Positions 48,216 through 60,781 of a DNA stretch of 64,000 nucleotides are shown here, piece after piece (the stretch's first letter is position 1; the number at the start of each line of letters is the position of its first letter). The stretch comes from Lama guanicoe (lineage: Eukaryota). A model generated the notes under the pieces. It saw nothing but the letters and a program-made list of their open reading frames with translations. It was not told where the DNA came from and did no database searches. The stretch spans positions 124,001 to 188,000 of the forward strand of contig MU056703.1 in assembly GCA_013239625.1 (NCBI GenBank). The letters run 5' to 3'. The position numbers and the translations under genes were made by a program.

Positions 48216-48569
48216 AGCTAAGTGCTACGTTTTTTACTCTTACAATGTATTTGATCAAATAATTTATATATGGATGCACTTCTTTTTCTTTCAAAGCATA
48301 TTTATAACATATTATAATAGAATGTACATAATACATATTGTATGTGTAATATAGAACCATATTAGATATATACATATAATTTGCACCTGTTTATGTAATA
48401 CAGACCTATATTTTATATATATATATATAATTTGCACCTGCTTTTGTATTTACATATGTGTATGTCTCAAACACTCACAAAAAGCACTGTGTACAAATAC
48501 AATTCCCATCTGCTTCTTGAGCGTATGCAGGGCTCAGACTGGCCGTGTGGGCTGTCCTGGTTATACTTT

Positions 48570-48693
48570 TTGGGGGGGTGGGGAGGTAATTAGATTGACT
48601 GACTGATTGATTTATAATGGAGGTCCTGGGTCCAATCCCCAGGACCTCGAGCATGCTAAGTGCATTCTCTGCCGCTGAGCTACACCATTCCCC
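48570..48693 (-). mobile_element. Vic-1-type SINE with 15-bp TSD
   Basis: TSD tcctggttaYacttt at 48555-48569 and 48695-48709; gcatgctaag...gctgagctac. Confidence 0.9.
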
Positions 48694-51600
48694 ATCCTGG
48701 TTACACTTTGATGGAGCTGGGTCTGTGTTCTCCGGTGCAACTCTGTTCTCCTGGTCAATGCTAACCTCTAAACCTTGTAAGACCCAATCATGGGGATAGA
48801 AAGGGAAACGCTCACTCGTGGTCTATTAATGTAACAGGGAGGGGCCGCTCTGCCCTCTGTGCCATGGTTCCCGTGTCTTAACTATGGTGTGCGCAACACA
48901 ACACACTGGCTGTGGATTTGAGAGTCAAACAGAACACGATTAGGACCGAAACCCAAACTCAAAGGGTGTTGCCTCGTGGCTGAGCCTTTGGCAGTTCCGT
49001 CGGTCATTCTGTCCACTGTTTTAGGAAAGTGAGGCATTTGGCAGGTCCAGTCAATGCACTGAGTGGAAGCCCCCCATCTCCTTCCTCTTCTGTAAATGAG
49101 GTGTTTATGGGTGGTGATTGACAAGACCTTCTGAAAGTCCATGGATGGCGATTCTGGCTGAAGTATTGCAGCAAGTGAAGGAAAATTCATACCCATACTG
49201 TAAAATAAAGAGCTTCCCTCTCATTGTAAATAGCTGAATGTACACAGCTTGCCACTGGATGCACGGCTTCTCCTTCCTGGAGTGGCGCGATCAACGGATG
49301 CTCGGAGCTGGTCTCTCCTTCAGAACTGGGCACTCAGCAGGAGGAACAGCCCATCAGCCTTGGTGAACGGGACTGAGCCATTTACGGCCAATAATTATTT
49401 CAGAAATGCACGTGAGTAGCTCGATTGCTTCTCTATTTTGTATGCCTCCGCCCCTTCCCCACTGCACCCCATCTCCCTCTCATGCGATTGCATGGAACCT
49501 GTCTAACTTGGTCTTGGCTGAACCGAAACTGCTGGGGATGCTTCAGGAGCAGGTAATGGTGAGGGGGAAGGTCAGGGCTCCTGGATTCTCGGTCTGGTAA
49601 TGCAGCACCCGTCTCCCCTTCATCTAACATCCCCCCGGGAGTTATGAACTGCAACAAGGCTAAGAGGTAACAATTGAGGAAGGAAGACCTGAGGGTGACC
49701 GCAGTGAAGGACACCCTACCCTGCCCTTTCAGAGCTTTTGTTTTCCCGAGGCCTTATTTTTATATTGCAGTTTAAAACACTTGAAAAGCACCTCATCGAA
49801 CAAGCATGCAAAAATGAAAGCAGTGTGGGGCCGACGGGGCGCCGTCAGTTTCTAATTATACTCTCTCTCTGCTCTGATTTTATTTACGTCCAAGCGGCTG
49901 TAAGGCTAGAAGCCGCCAGAGGGGCCATCACCAGCTCTGTGTGAACGGGAATGTGGTTACAGCGCGTGGTTCAAAGACAGATTCCACGTGAGACCGACAC
50001 GTTTCAGAGCACTTGTTCTTTCCTCCCGAAATGTCATCTTAACACAGCCCCGTCTCAACAAAGCCAAGGAGCACAGACGTACCGGAGCCGCGGCTCTCAC
50101 GCCGCCCTGGCCCCGACCTGAGGGGAAGGCCTGTTCCAAGGACAAGAGACACATCAGGGCCCGGATTAGGAAGCAGACATCCACTGGAAAAACAGTCCAC
50201 CACCTCTGGCTGGTCAGCTCAACAACCAGCCGTTACCATTTGGGGACTTCAAAACTACAAAGGAAGTCTGTGCGGCTCTGAAGGACTAGATTGGTTTTAA
50301 ATCATCCACATACTCTGAGTTTCACTGTTTTTCACCCAAACACAGTAGTCGTGCCCTGGAACGGTGCCGGTCTGTGAAGGCTGACGAAATACACCAGGCT
50401 GGCTGCATCCCTTCTGAAATGACGCCTCATGAGGGGAATAAAACCCAGAAATCGTCACAGACACGATCGTACTACTCGGGTGCCGATCAAAGAATTCACG
50501 GAGTGAGAACGGGGACATAACGTTACAGATTGCATAACTTTAAAATTTTTTTCGGATCTGGTGATCACGGGTAAAACTACACGTAAACATAAAACCGAGA
50601 GGCGATGGTTACTGTCATTCCACGTCGTCTGAAAATACAGAGTTTAGGGTAAGTCTTTGGGGAATGGAGGCCTTCTTACATACAAATGAAAGCAATTACG
50701 GTCAGCTCCCAGCAACAGAGAAGTAAATCAGGGTGGGAACGTCTTGGGGGACGTGTTGATGGGTTGACAGCGTGTTGATGTTTAAACACAACAGCGTTAC
50801 AGGTTCTCGTTGTAGTTTTTGCCGTATTAACACCCGACTTATCAAGTGTAAGTAGATTTCAGCGTCTCTAGGACAAATGTAAAGTCCTGGTACCCACTTC
50901 TAATGTAAAAAGCATCCCAGTCGACCTGACCTTTCAGGTAAGCCTGGATGGGAACCGCTATCTGCAAAAGCAGGATTTTTTTTCCCATGTTTGAGTTGTT
51001 TTGTTTTTCCCATTTTGGGTGCTTTCGCTGCATGGACGAGTTGCAACAAGGTGACATTTTACCTTAAATTATACCCACTTGGTCCTTAAAAGAAATCAGC
51101 AACACGTGTATGTAGTATGCAAGCCGGGGAACACAGTAACGTGCATTCCCATAAAGGTGTCAGGTTGTTCTTAGCCCATTTGACGTGTATCCAAATCCCA
51201 GATCAGTGCACTTCTCACGAGAGCCTTTGAGTGCTCCCTCTGTACCTCGTAGACCCAGGGACAATATAGAACATGTGTTTCTAATGGACTTGCCCTTAGC
51301 TCATCGAAGTCTGGTTTTGCAGAGCAAACGTGACGTCCAAGAAGCTGCTGGAAGGCACTTTTCTTGGAAAAAGGAAGTCATGTTCTTTTATTTTATAGTT
51401 CACAAGCTGACTTCTGAAGATTGGAATTTGTTTCTAATGCATGAAATCACAAAGTTCAAGTATGGTCTCTATTTGTCATGGCGTTTCTTCCATTTCTGAT
51501 GAGCATGATGACATGGTACGAAGCTAAAAGTGAAGAAAACACCACCTCTGGACCAAGGACGCAGAAACTGCATTTTCAGGATTTCTTCCTCTTAAAATTC

Positions 51601-51859
51601 CCTTCGGTTGAAGCCAACGCCCTCGTGTACAGACGTGGTCAGTCGCTGATGTCATGTTTCCCAGGAATTCCAGAACAAAGTTGGAGCTCCTTGAGCAAAT
51701 TTGTTTAATATTTTAAAACTTCACTTTACTATTTCCCAAACATTTTATCGCTTTGTAGTATCCTTCCAGTCTGCCATAAATAGCAGGTTTAAATTTCGAT
51801 AGTTCCATTTGAGAAAATAAATCACGCATTCCTCTCAGCAGTGCTGGATGGAGCAACCT

Positions 51860-52040
51860 GTGTGGTGTGGGTTTCAAGTCTTTGGAGTCACAGATCTGGG
51901 TTCTTTCTGCTTTCTTGGCTGTGGGATCATGTACAAAATGCCCTGCGCAGCAACACCTTCATGTGTAAAATGGGCAGCAATGCTCACCTGTAACTGAATT
52001 GGAAAAAAAAAGTGACACATGGCTGAAAAGCAAGTAACAG
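51860..52040 (+). mobile_element. MIR remnant
   Basis: ctttggagtcacagatctgggtt...catgtgtaaaatggg. Confidence 0.7.
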
Positions 52041-52829
52041 CAGTGGGCGTTGCTAGCGCCTGCACAGATGCGAATCCCCTCTCTCCCTACTGTGTCGAAC
52101 AGGAAGTCTCTCTACCCTTAGTGACAAGTAATCTGTAGAATGAGTTTTGCCAGGTAACAAAACCCTGCTTTTAATCACATTTCAGGGACTCAAATTCCTA
52201 TGGCAACCGAGATTTATTATCTTCCTGGGGAATTCAAAGCGTTCAACAGATAGCGAATTTTGAATTTAACAAATTTAATTAAAATTTTAATCAGGCATGG
52301 TCGACTTTTTGACCTCCCTACAAAAAGGAGGAAGATGACGGAGCTTCTGGCCACTCTTGGTTTTCTCTCACCCTCCGCCTTTCTTTTTTTTTAACCACAG
52401 CTCTGTCCTCCTGAGCATCTTATCAGCTCTGACCACATCTGTCAGGTCTGTGTGCCGATCCCCCGCAGCGCTGCGACGAAGGACGCCATGGTGAGGGTGC
52501 TTATTCCACCACAAGTCTTTTTTGGGGGGAAAGAAAGTGAGATTAAAAATAAATGTGTGTATCTGTAAATTGAAATAATCTTTAAAGTCCTCCCCTAATG
52601 CTGGCATTTTGAAAATACTTATAATTTATTGTTTCACCAAAGCACGCCCATAGCCTGTGTGATCCTTCATTGCGCCGAGGCGCAGTGGGATGGGGCAGGT
52701 GCATCCTTTGTAATCCTTAGGTCCAGGCACCTCTTGGTGTTGCTTGGCGGAAGCAGCATGACCCAGCGATAAAGAGCACGGGCAGACCTGGACGGAAGCC
52801 TGCCCCGTACAGTGGGGGGATGAGCCTCC

Positions 52830-52920
52830 TGGGTGCGTTTCCCGAGTTTTCTGAACCTCACTTTTCTCATCCGTATGATGATGCAGTGGCCCTGAGTGTG
52901 ATCTTTCACAAATTGCCCAA
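52830..52920 (+). mobile_element. MIR core remnant
   Basis: ttctgaacctcacttttctcatccgta. Confidence 0.5.
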
Positions 52921-53363
52921 GGTTGTCTTCCACTTTGGTGGCCCCATTGTCTTGGTTCTTGTGCATCTATCACCTCCTTCGTGAGAAGCATTGATTAAAA
53001 ATATTTTTTGTTTGCAGCTAATAACATCCAGCTTTACAAATAAGTGTGAAGAACGTGGCCAAGAGAGCCATCTGTACACACAACCCGAACAGGCCTCGCG
53101 GACGGAGCAGGCTGTGTTGAGTGTTTTCTCCAGCATGTTTCTACTCACGTGGGTTGGCAAAACCATCCTGTGGTGCCCACAGGGCTGAAAATTGTCTCTA
53201 GTAATACTGACATGAATTTGTTTACAGAGCAGAAATGGAGGATTATGAAACTTCCAAAGAGCAAACTTCAATCTAGTACAAAGGAATTATGTAAATAAAA
53301 ATATGCAGAAGGGCTCTGGCATTAATTTCTACTTTCCCTTATCACGGCCTTCATTAGTGTGGA

Positions 53364-53612
53364 TACTATGGGCCAAAAGTTGTGTCCCCCCAAACTCATA
53401 TGTTGAAACCTGACCCTCAGTGTGAGGAGGGGCTTCCAGGAGGCGATGAGGTCATGAGGGTGGGGACCTCATGATAAGATTAGTGTCCTTATAGGAAGAG
53501 ACATCAGCTTCCCCCAGCAGGTGAGGACCCAAGGGGCATCCTTCTGCAGTCCAGGTGTGGGGCCTGCCAGTGCCTTGACCTCAAACTTCCAGCCTCCAGA
53601 GCAGTGAGGAAT
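53364..53612 (+). mobile_element. MaLR LTR (MLT1A-like)
   Basis: tgtgtccccccaaactcatatgttgaaacct...gtcatgagggtgggg...gattagtgtccttata...acttccagcctccaga. Confidence 0.85.
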
Positions 53613-53934
53613 CTTGACTGGATTTTTGAATTTTTGCCTTCCAAATGTTTAAGCTCACATTCAGTTCTTTGTCTCACAATAGGAATTTGAAGGAGGAGAG
53701 AGTAATCAAACTTTCTTGGCAGATCAGCCCATTTGTTCGCATGCTGCGCCTCTCTCCTCTAAAGGCGCTTCTCCTCTACTTGCCCCCTCTGGCCCAGCCT
53801 GCCCGCAGCGCCAGCGAGGGGCCGGGAGAGGCGCGGGGACGGGAGGCACTCTCCAGTTTCCATTATGACTCTTCCCAGCTGTCACAGACGCTAAGGGAAG
53901 CAAAGAAGTCATATGCCTGGTTCGGAGCAGGATC

Positions 53935-54140
53935 CCGGCCTCGGCGCGACTGGCTCGTTGGGCCAGGCTGTCCTCATCACCTGGCTGGCCCGTGCACTGT
54001 GGGCTGCTCAGCAGTGTCCCTGGCCTCCACCCACGGGACTCCTGACAACACTCTCCCTCATCGAGAAAATCACAGATGTCTCCAGACATTGTCAAACGTC
54101 ACCTCAGAGACAAAATCGCTGTCAGCCGAACACCAGAGGT
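53935..54140. mobile_element. MER20 hAT-Charlie MITE, GC-shifted
   Basis: gtgcactgt...cagcagtgtccctggcctccaccca...atgtctccagacattgtcaaacgtc...caaaatcgc. Confidence 0.8.
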
Positions 54141-56189
54141 TTACAGCCCAGGACCTTTTAGTAAGGAAATGACATTCAGAAAGGACATTTGCATATGCGG
54201 TTACCTGCATAGCTCGGCCCTGAGTGCTGTGCAAGACAGTTTATTGATAATAACTATAATACAATAATTCCTTACTACGCACGAAGCACGATGTGAGATT
54301 CTGCACATACACAACCTAATCGTACCCTTAGAACAACACCGAATGCCTTCTTGAGGTGTGTACAGCCCTGGGCAGGGGAGCGAACAAAGAGCTTCAAATT
54401 CTACTGTCTTCAAGGCCACACAAGGTACCGCCGGCACTGCCTCATCCACTGTCCTCATCTTACGCAGCATCAACTGATCTGTTTTATTTTTCTTTTTAAT
54501 TTCTTTCAGCCATTGATTCCTATTAGAATGAGCAGTCATTATAAGGTACTTCCCTTAAATTCGTCCTTTGAAGCAAAGCCTGCCATTCTATGTTATTTTT
54601 CTGTGTTCTCATCAGCGTAGGGCAATTCATTTAATTGATTTTCCTTTCTGTGTTCCACAGCGACCCCATCACACTGCGTATCTAAATGCGTTCTTGCCAT
54701 CTACGGTGTCGCTCTGGGAGGCGAAGCGGCGACGGAGCCGGCCTTGGGCCTGTGGGAACTGTTGGTAGACTGACACCACTTTGCCATGCAGGTTTTCCTC
54801 TTCACGGATGGAACCTGATTCTCAGTACACGGAAGATAGAAATTATCTCAAGCATCTTTACTGAGCACAACGCCACAGCGCAAGATTTTCAAAAGGAGAC
54901 TTGCACACCCATCCCAACGCCTGTTTTGTGTCATGTGGCTTGTTTTACACACACAGTTTTCACGCAGTGCAGGAGACAAGAGATTTGTGCTTTCATTAAA
55001 ACAACCACGTTCATCTGTGATAATTCCTCCAGAATATGGTCCCGTTATCAGAAAATCTGTGAGCAGTGTGTCCAGCTGAGAGAGTGGAAATTCATAACTC
55101 ACTGTCAAGTCCCTGATGTCCTGGTAGAGGCTGAAATTAAAACTGTGTCTGAAGACAGATTGACATTCAAGGCCAAGTTTCCTCCATCTCCTACAATTGA
55201 TGATAGAATTTCACTGGACAGCTCATCTGGACAACTTGAAAAATTATTTCATATCCTGAGCTCAAATGATTAATACGCATTTTATTCCTCTCAATAAATC
55301 ATGGGCTTATTGAAGATAAATGAACAACCTTTCCTACGTCCAGAGTGCATCAATAAAGAATTTTGTATGTTAAATAAAAAGTGACTCCCAAGTTAGAAAT
55401 GTTACACACGCTACTGAATTCCAAAAGGAAAGTCCTAGAACTTTCTGCTCCCTCAAAGCTGCTGGGCTTTCTTACGCTGTAATAATGGTGCGCAGTCAGG
55501 GCCTGCTCCTCACGTGTTCCATTCCTCTGGCTCCTCTGGCTCCTGGCACATCGTCAGACCGGAGTGTCGTAGATCATTTCAATCCGTGTGCAGAAGCCAG
55601 GAGTGTGCCTGGCAGTTTGGGAGAAGACAGGGTGCCGCAGACATAGTTCAGCTTTGAATTTGACCAACACCAGATAAGAGTTGCATCATTTGATAGCAAA
55701 AGAAGCAACAGCAGACAAAGGGCTGGAGAACGTGACAAACGGCACTAAGCAAGGGAGTTCACCAGAAGCACAGAACCTCAAGAGCAATTAAGGGGCGTTT
55801 CTAGAAACTCCTCGCTGTTCTTCTGAACAAATACAGTTTGAAGTGATTGCTGGTCAAGAATGCTACGTTAAATTGAAAAAGTCATGCTTGATAATTTATA
55901 ATGCAGCTCATATTCATTCACATGGCATTTTCATCGCTTTCTATACTCCAGATGTGGTGCTGAGCACTTAGGGATAAAGGACGACACCACAGTCTTCACT
56001 GCTTAGCTCAACAGGCACCCCCAATACTGGACACGTCTGCTGATCCAGAGAATAAATAACATAAAGAATAAAACCTGGTCATCATGAAATATATTGAAAA
56101 GATAGTGAAAAGCGAGTTCCACAGAAGTTCTGAGCAGCTGTCACCTATGTGTTCAACAACAACAAAATCTCAGTAGGACTTTAAGACAA

Positions 56190-56880
56190 CGTACGTGCCG
56201 TTTGCCGTGGCCGTCCCTGGTCTTGGAACAATAAAAACAAGTTCTTCTCTGCTTCATCTACTCTCGATTGAGAAGAGAAACCCAGACACGTAGCTCAGTG
56301 AGGGGGGCCCCACGCAGCACCGACGCCGCGCCGCGCTGTGACGGGCCCCGGGGCGCCCTGTGGGGCCCGCGGCGGACGGCCTCGCTTCCGGGGGGGCCTC
56401 TCGGAAAAGCTGACAATTCAACTGAAACTAGACACACGGTAAGAAGCCAGGCACATGACCATCCGGGGAGGAACGTTCTGGAGACCAGCTCCGTTTCAGA
56501 CAAAGAGTGAAGGCCCCAAAGCAGGAAGCTGGTGAGAGCTCTGAGCAGCTGCCAGCGCGTGCAGACCGCCCTCGGCCAGCGGGCCCAGGCCCCAGTCCGT
56601 CAGGTCCCTGGAGAGTCCGTCCCCAGTGCATTGGGGACCACAGGGAAGCAGCAGGCAAGGACGTGGTGGGGGCAACCTCTCTCTCAGGAAGCTCACAGGG
56701 CGGGTGAGAAACGCAGTGTAAAGAGTGGGCGGTTGGCAGGTGCTTCACATGGCAGCCATGTGACACGGCCCAGGGAAGGGACGGCCGCGGCTGAACACGG
56801 CACTGGCCGGACGCGCAGGGGAGGGCTTCGCCTGGAAGTACAACTGAGACGAGCTACGGAGGGAACTTCGTCCTCCAGGA
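56190..56880. promoter_or_regulatory. Orphan CpG island
   Basis: Dense CpG at 56300-56405 and 56760-56875. Confidence 0.65.
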
Positions 56881-57209
56881 GGCTGTTTTGATTTTAAAAA
56901 TTATTTCTTTTATTTAAATGAATTTCCTTCAGTCATCTAACATTTGCCTAGTTTTGGTCTGGCTATAAATTTTGAGGGACATGTTGATGCACTGATCAGG
57001 ATTCAAGCAAAAGTTATAAATATGATAAATACCGTAAGATTAGAGGCTGGCGGATTAAGGAGCTGTATCTACTTGGGGCTTTGTGCACTCACAGAAGTGA
57101 ATTCATGTTTCAGTTTAACAATAGTTCAGGTTTAGCAGTATGTAAAAGTTTAAAACATTTCTAACAAAATTCTACCTCCTGGAGACCATGTGCTGAAAAC
57201 CACTGCTTT

Positions 57210-57336
57210 GCAGAGGAAGGTATAGCTCAGGGGTAGAGCATGTGCTTAGCACACACGAGGTCCTGGGTTCAAACCCCAGTACCTCCATTGAACAAGTAAT
57301 TAAATAAATAAACCTAATTACCCACCCCAAACAAAA
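57210..57336 (+). mobile_element. Vic-1-type SINE with 15-bp TSD
   Basis: ggtatagctcaggggtagagcatgtgcttagc...gaggtcctgggttcaaaccccagtacctcc...aaacctaattacc; TSD gaaaaccactgYttt at 57195-57209 and 57337-57351. Confidence 0.92.
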
Positions 57337-58489
57337 GAAAACCACTGTTTTAAAAACGTGAGAAAAATCTGATTTAGATGGTTTATAAATTAAAGAATTG
57401 AAAAAAAATCTGCGAAAGAACACATTATAGAAAACCTGAAAATGCGTTCTCCAGCAATCATTAAAATGCATTCGGAGATAAAGGGTAGACCAAGTCCAGA
57501 AGTAAAGATCAGACCGATGAAACCGGATGCAAGGAAATAATGAAATAATATTTTATAACTTAGAAGGAGAAAGTAAAACTTTGAATCTATTAATTTTATA
57601 GCAAGCCAAACTGTTGTGGAAAATGCAGCCGTGACATCTACAATCTCAACCATACAAGACCTTTGAACTATTGCTACATAAAGACCAACTTCAAAAACGC
57701 TTTTTCACGAAGGAGCCTTGTGTCCTCTCCCAGAATCCACAAAATTGTGGGCAGCCAACATGCTGGCCGACAAGCAGAGCAAAATCTCAATTCTTGACCC
57801 TTACAAGGCAGTCATTTTTCTAAAATGTTCCTCAGTTTGATTGTGTCAGATATTTTCCCATGATTAGACTTAGGAAATTCCTTAATCTGTTTATAAACCA
57901 GAGGGGAAAAAAACCTGCAGTAGATATATATTATGCAAAACTTTTCGACCATTTGCTTTACGATTGCACCAAGTCAAACGTGTTCACTGTCATTGCTTCT
58001 GTGACAGGAAGGGTCAGGACAGCTGTCATTTGTGGGTGGTGGGGACTTCGACATACAAAAGCCAAAGAATCAAGCCAATATTAGAATAAATAAGACTGCA
58101 TTAAGGTCACCTAACAATCAAGTTACAAAAAATATTAGTATTTATTAATACTGGATCGACATCAGCAGCAAAAATGTAGCAAATGTAATACTAAGTAAGA
58201 TATTTCCACCAGCTGTAAAAACGGTAACAGTTCAAAGAACTGACCAAAGAAAGAAGACAAAGATCTCTCTGCAGGAAAAATAATCTTGTATTTGTTGAAG
58301 GACCTTTAAGATGGAGAGACACTGCCAGTCACCCCCATCTTTCTTCCCTGCGGGGCAGCAGTATCTAAAGCTCAATCATCAGTGTGTCTCTGAGGGACTA
58401 TAATGGCAGAACCTTTTCGTCAACGTGGTTGTGTGAGTGATGCTTCTAACGTGAGGACCACCCCTTTACGTTAAGGACGTATTGGGAGA

Positions 58490-58740
58490 AAGGAAGGAGC
58501 CCGGATCCGTTTTGATGGTGAAACCGCAGTGTGATCCCCGCGGCTGCTTGCTTTGCAACTGAGTGCCAGCGGCACCCAGTTCTACCCGGCGACCCTGGAC
58601 CCGGTGCCCAAGCTGGCCCCACAGGCGCAAGTGCTGGTGGCCTCTCGCTCCGCCGCCTTCCCGCCGGTAGGAAGGATGCTGTCGCTCTCCAACTGCTACC
58701 GGCGAAGAGCGCGCCTGTCCGGTGGATGACGACGGGAATG
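58490..58740. promoter_or_regulatory. Small CpG-rich patch
   Basis: Dense CpG flanked by AT-rich DNA. Confidence 0.5.
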
Positions 58741-59109
58741 TTGTTGAGTCTGGGAATTCTCCACTGATAGTAATTACTTGTGCTTTTTAACAGAAATTAA
58801 AAATGAATGTGCTAAATATCTTGGACTATTTTCAATTGATATATAGTATTACTTATTATTAATTAAAATAGATAAAACTTCTAACAAACCATTTTTTGTA
58901 TTTTTTCTGATATTAATGGAGAGGGAATATACAGGAAAGTAGCACTCCACACTGAACTATTTTGTTTAGTTATCGAAAGCTTTTAAACAATGTAGTTTAG
59001 AGAAGAATGAACTATTCCTATAGTTAATTTTTGAGGCTGCTGGGAGAACTGTTGCTAAATAAGGGGGTTTTAGAGCAGCAGCAGTGACATGTCTGTTGCT
59101 TATTCAAAT

Positions 59110-59225
59110 TTGTCTTTCTGTCAAGACCAAGTTCCTCCAGGCAGAAGTTGAACGAAGCGTCCTGTTTATCTTTGTTTACTTATGATTGAGCCTAGTAGGT
59201 GCTCAGTAAAACTTTGTTGAAACAA
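59110..59225 (+). mobile_element. L2 3' end
   Basis: tagtaggtgctcagtaaaactttgttgaa. Confidence 0.65.
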
Positions 59226-60781
59226 AATGACATCCTGTCACTGGCCACGCCTCCGTTTCTGGAGAGCCTGCCATGGGGAAACATACAGCAGTTGGTTTCA
59301 GTCAGGAGGCTCTGAGGACCTGCTGACTGATTCACTTCTACCGAGTCAGAGCTAGTCTGTAAACTGAAACCATCGGCTGCACACCTACTGTGTGCCTGGC
59401 CTCATTAAGTCACACACCTACTCAGTAATCTGAACAGATGGAATTAGCTGATATAAAGGAGCATGTTTTCCCCTCTCCACCCACAAACATGAAGTAGAAA
59501 AATAGAATTCTCCATCATTTTTTTTTCTAACCAGGACATCTTCAGACGTATTAGTCAAACTTGGAGTCACTCCAACACTAACACTTATGTCTAAATTTAG
59601 AACTAATGAACTCTCTGCATGTACCAAACTAGAAAGCCCATATTCTCCAGACATTTTTATTCAACATAAATCTACTGCCAGAGAGAATATTAATGTTTCT
59701 TATTTAGTGTTACTGGCTCACAAAACTCAGTCTTCCTTAAAGTGCTTGGGGAAAACATATGCATATTCATCAGTGAGAACAGCAAGTTTGCAGAGAAAAT
59801 GGATTTCAGAGACTCACAGGGCTCTCCATCTGAACGGGCCTTAATGCCCTCCCAGCCTGACACCCCTTGCTGTTGCAACTCTTTCAAAACAACTTTCCTG
59901 AGTGAGCGTCCAGCCCTCTGAGCACCTGCCCTCCAAGGCACACCCACCCACCTTGACTGGCTCTGATCGACCACCTCCTGCCACAAAACCAAAATCCTTG
60001 TCGCTCCTGCCTCCCCACGTGCTTCAGCTTGACTCCTTGGGGCGCACAGATTGATAACTGGAGCATGGCACTTTTTTTTAATGCCTGGTGGCCACCACCA
60101 TGGATCCAGGGATCCTCCGTCTCCTGCCATCTGGGTCCCCGCATCACAGTCCTCTCTTCCCCGGAATAAAATGCCAGTTCCCATCTCCTTCCTCAGATGC
60201 TGCTGTTTCAAGTTGCTCTGTCATCCTGAGCACACTTTTGTTAAGTTACAAATAACGCAACATTTCCTAACATGACATCCATTGTGACTCTTAAAAGAAG
60301 TTAGATGTGGACGGGGTAGGAAAAACGGATCCCTAGGGAATGTACCCAGACCCCCCCAATGGTTACGACTAAAGTGAGTGAGGATTAAGGCGGTGGAGCT
60401 GATGTGGCGGGGAGGGGGGATCCACGGCTCTTTGTTCACTGCATCACAGGAAGTAGCGTCACGAGGATGGGACGAGACCGCGGGGATGCAAAACTCAAGG
60501 ACACCTTTCAGATCTACTTTGGGAGGTTAGCAGAAGATGACACCATTTATTTTAAATCAGAACATAAAGGGTAGAGTAAGTTTACTTGTAGGAAGAAATG
60601 CTTAGTACGTTGAATATGTTTTCTTAGAGACATTTATTAGAATTGCTAGAGAGAGAAATTTTCTGGAGTAATTAAAATGTCTACATGCCAGTTACATGTT
60701 AAAGCATCTCATAGCTGAGTCCTCTCTCCCAAGTTCAGACCATCGTATGTAGTGCTTAACAAATTTAAGATACTGAAAATA

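Noticed and set aside
53645-54172. 175-aa ORF
   Set aside because: Reads through a GC-rich patch and MER20; no protein features.
54686-55273. Longest ORF (195 aa) as a gene
   Set aside because: No recognisable domain apart from a 14-aa L1-like snippet; the length is reachable by chance in 64 kb over six frames.
57210-57290. tRNA gene (also near 41345-41419 and 48620-48693)
   Set aside because: tRNA-like head is followed by the SINE body, A-rich tail and TSD, so these are SINEs.
59950-60262. Possible old LTR (AATAAA, ends in CA)
   Set aside because: Could not define a 5' end, TSD or family with enough confidence.
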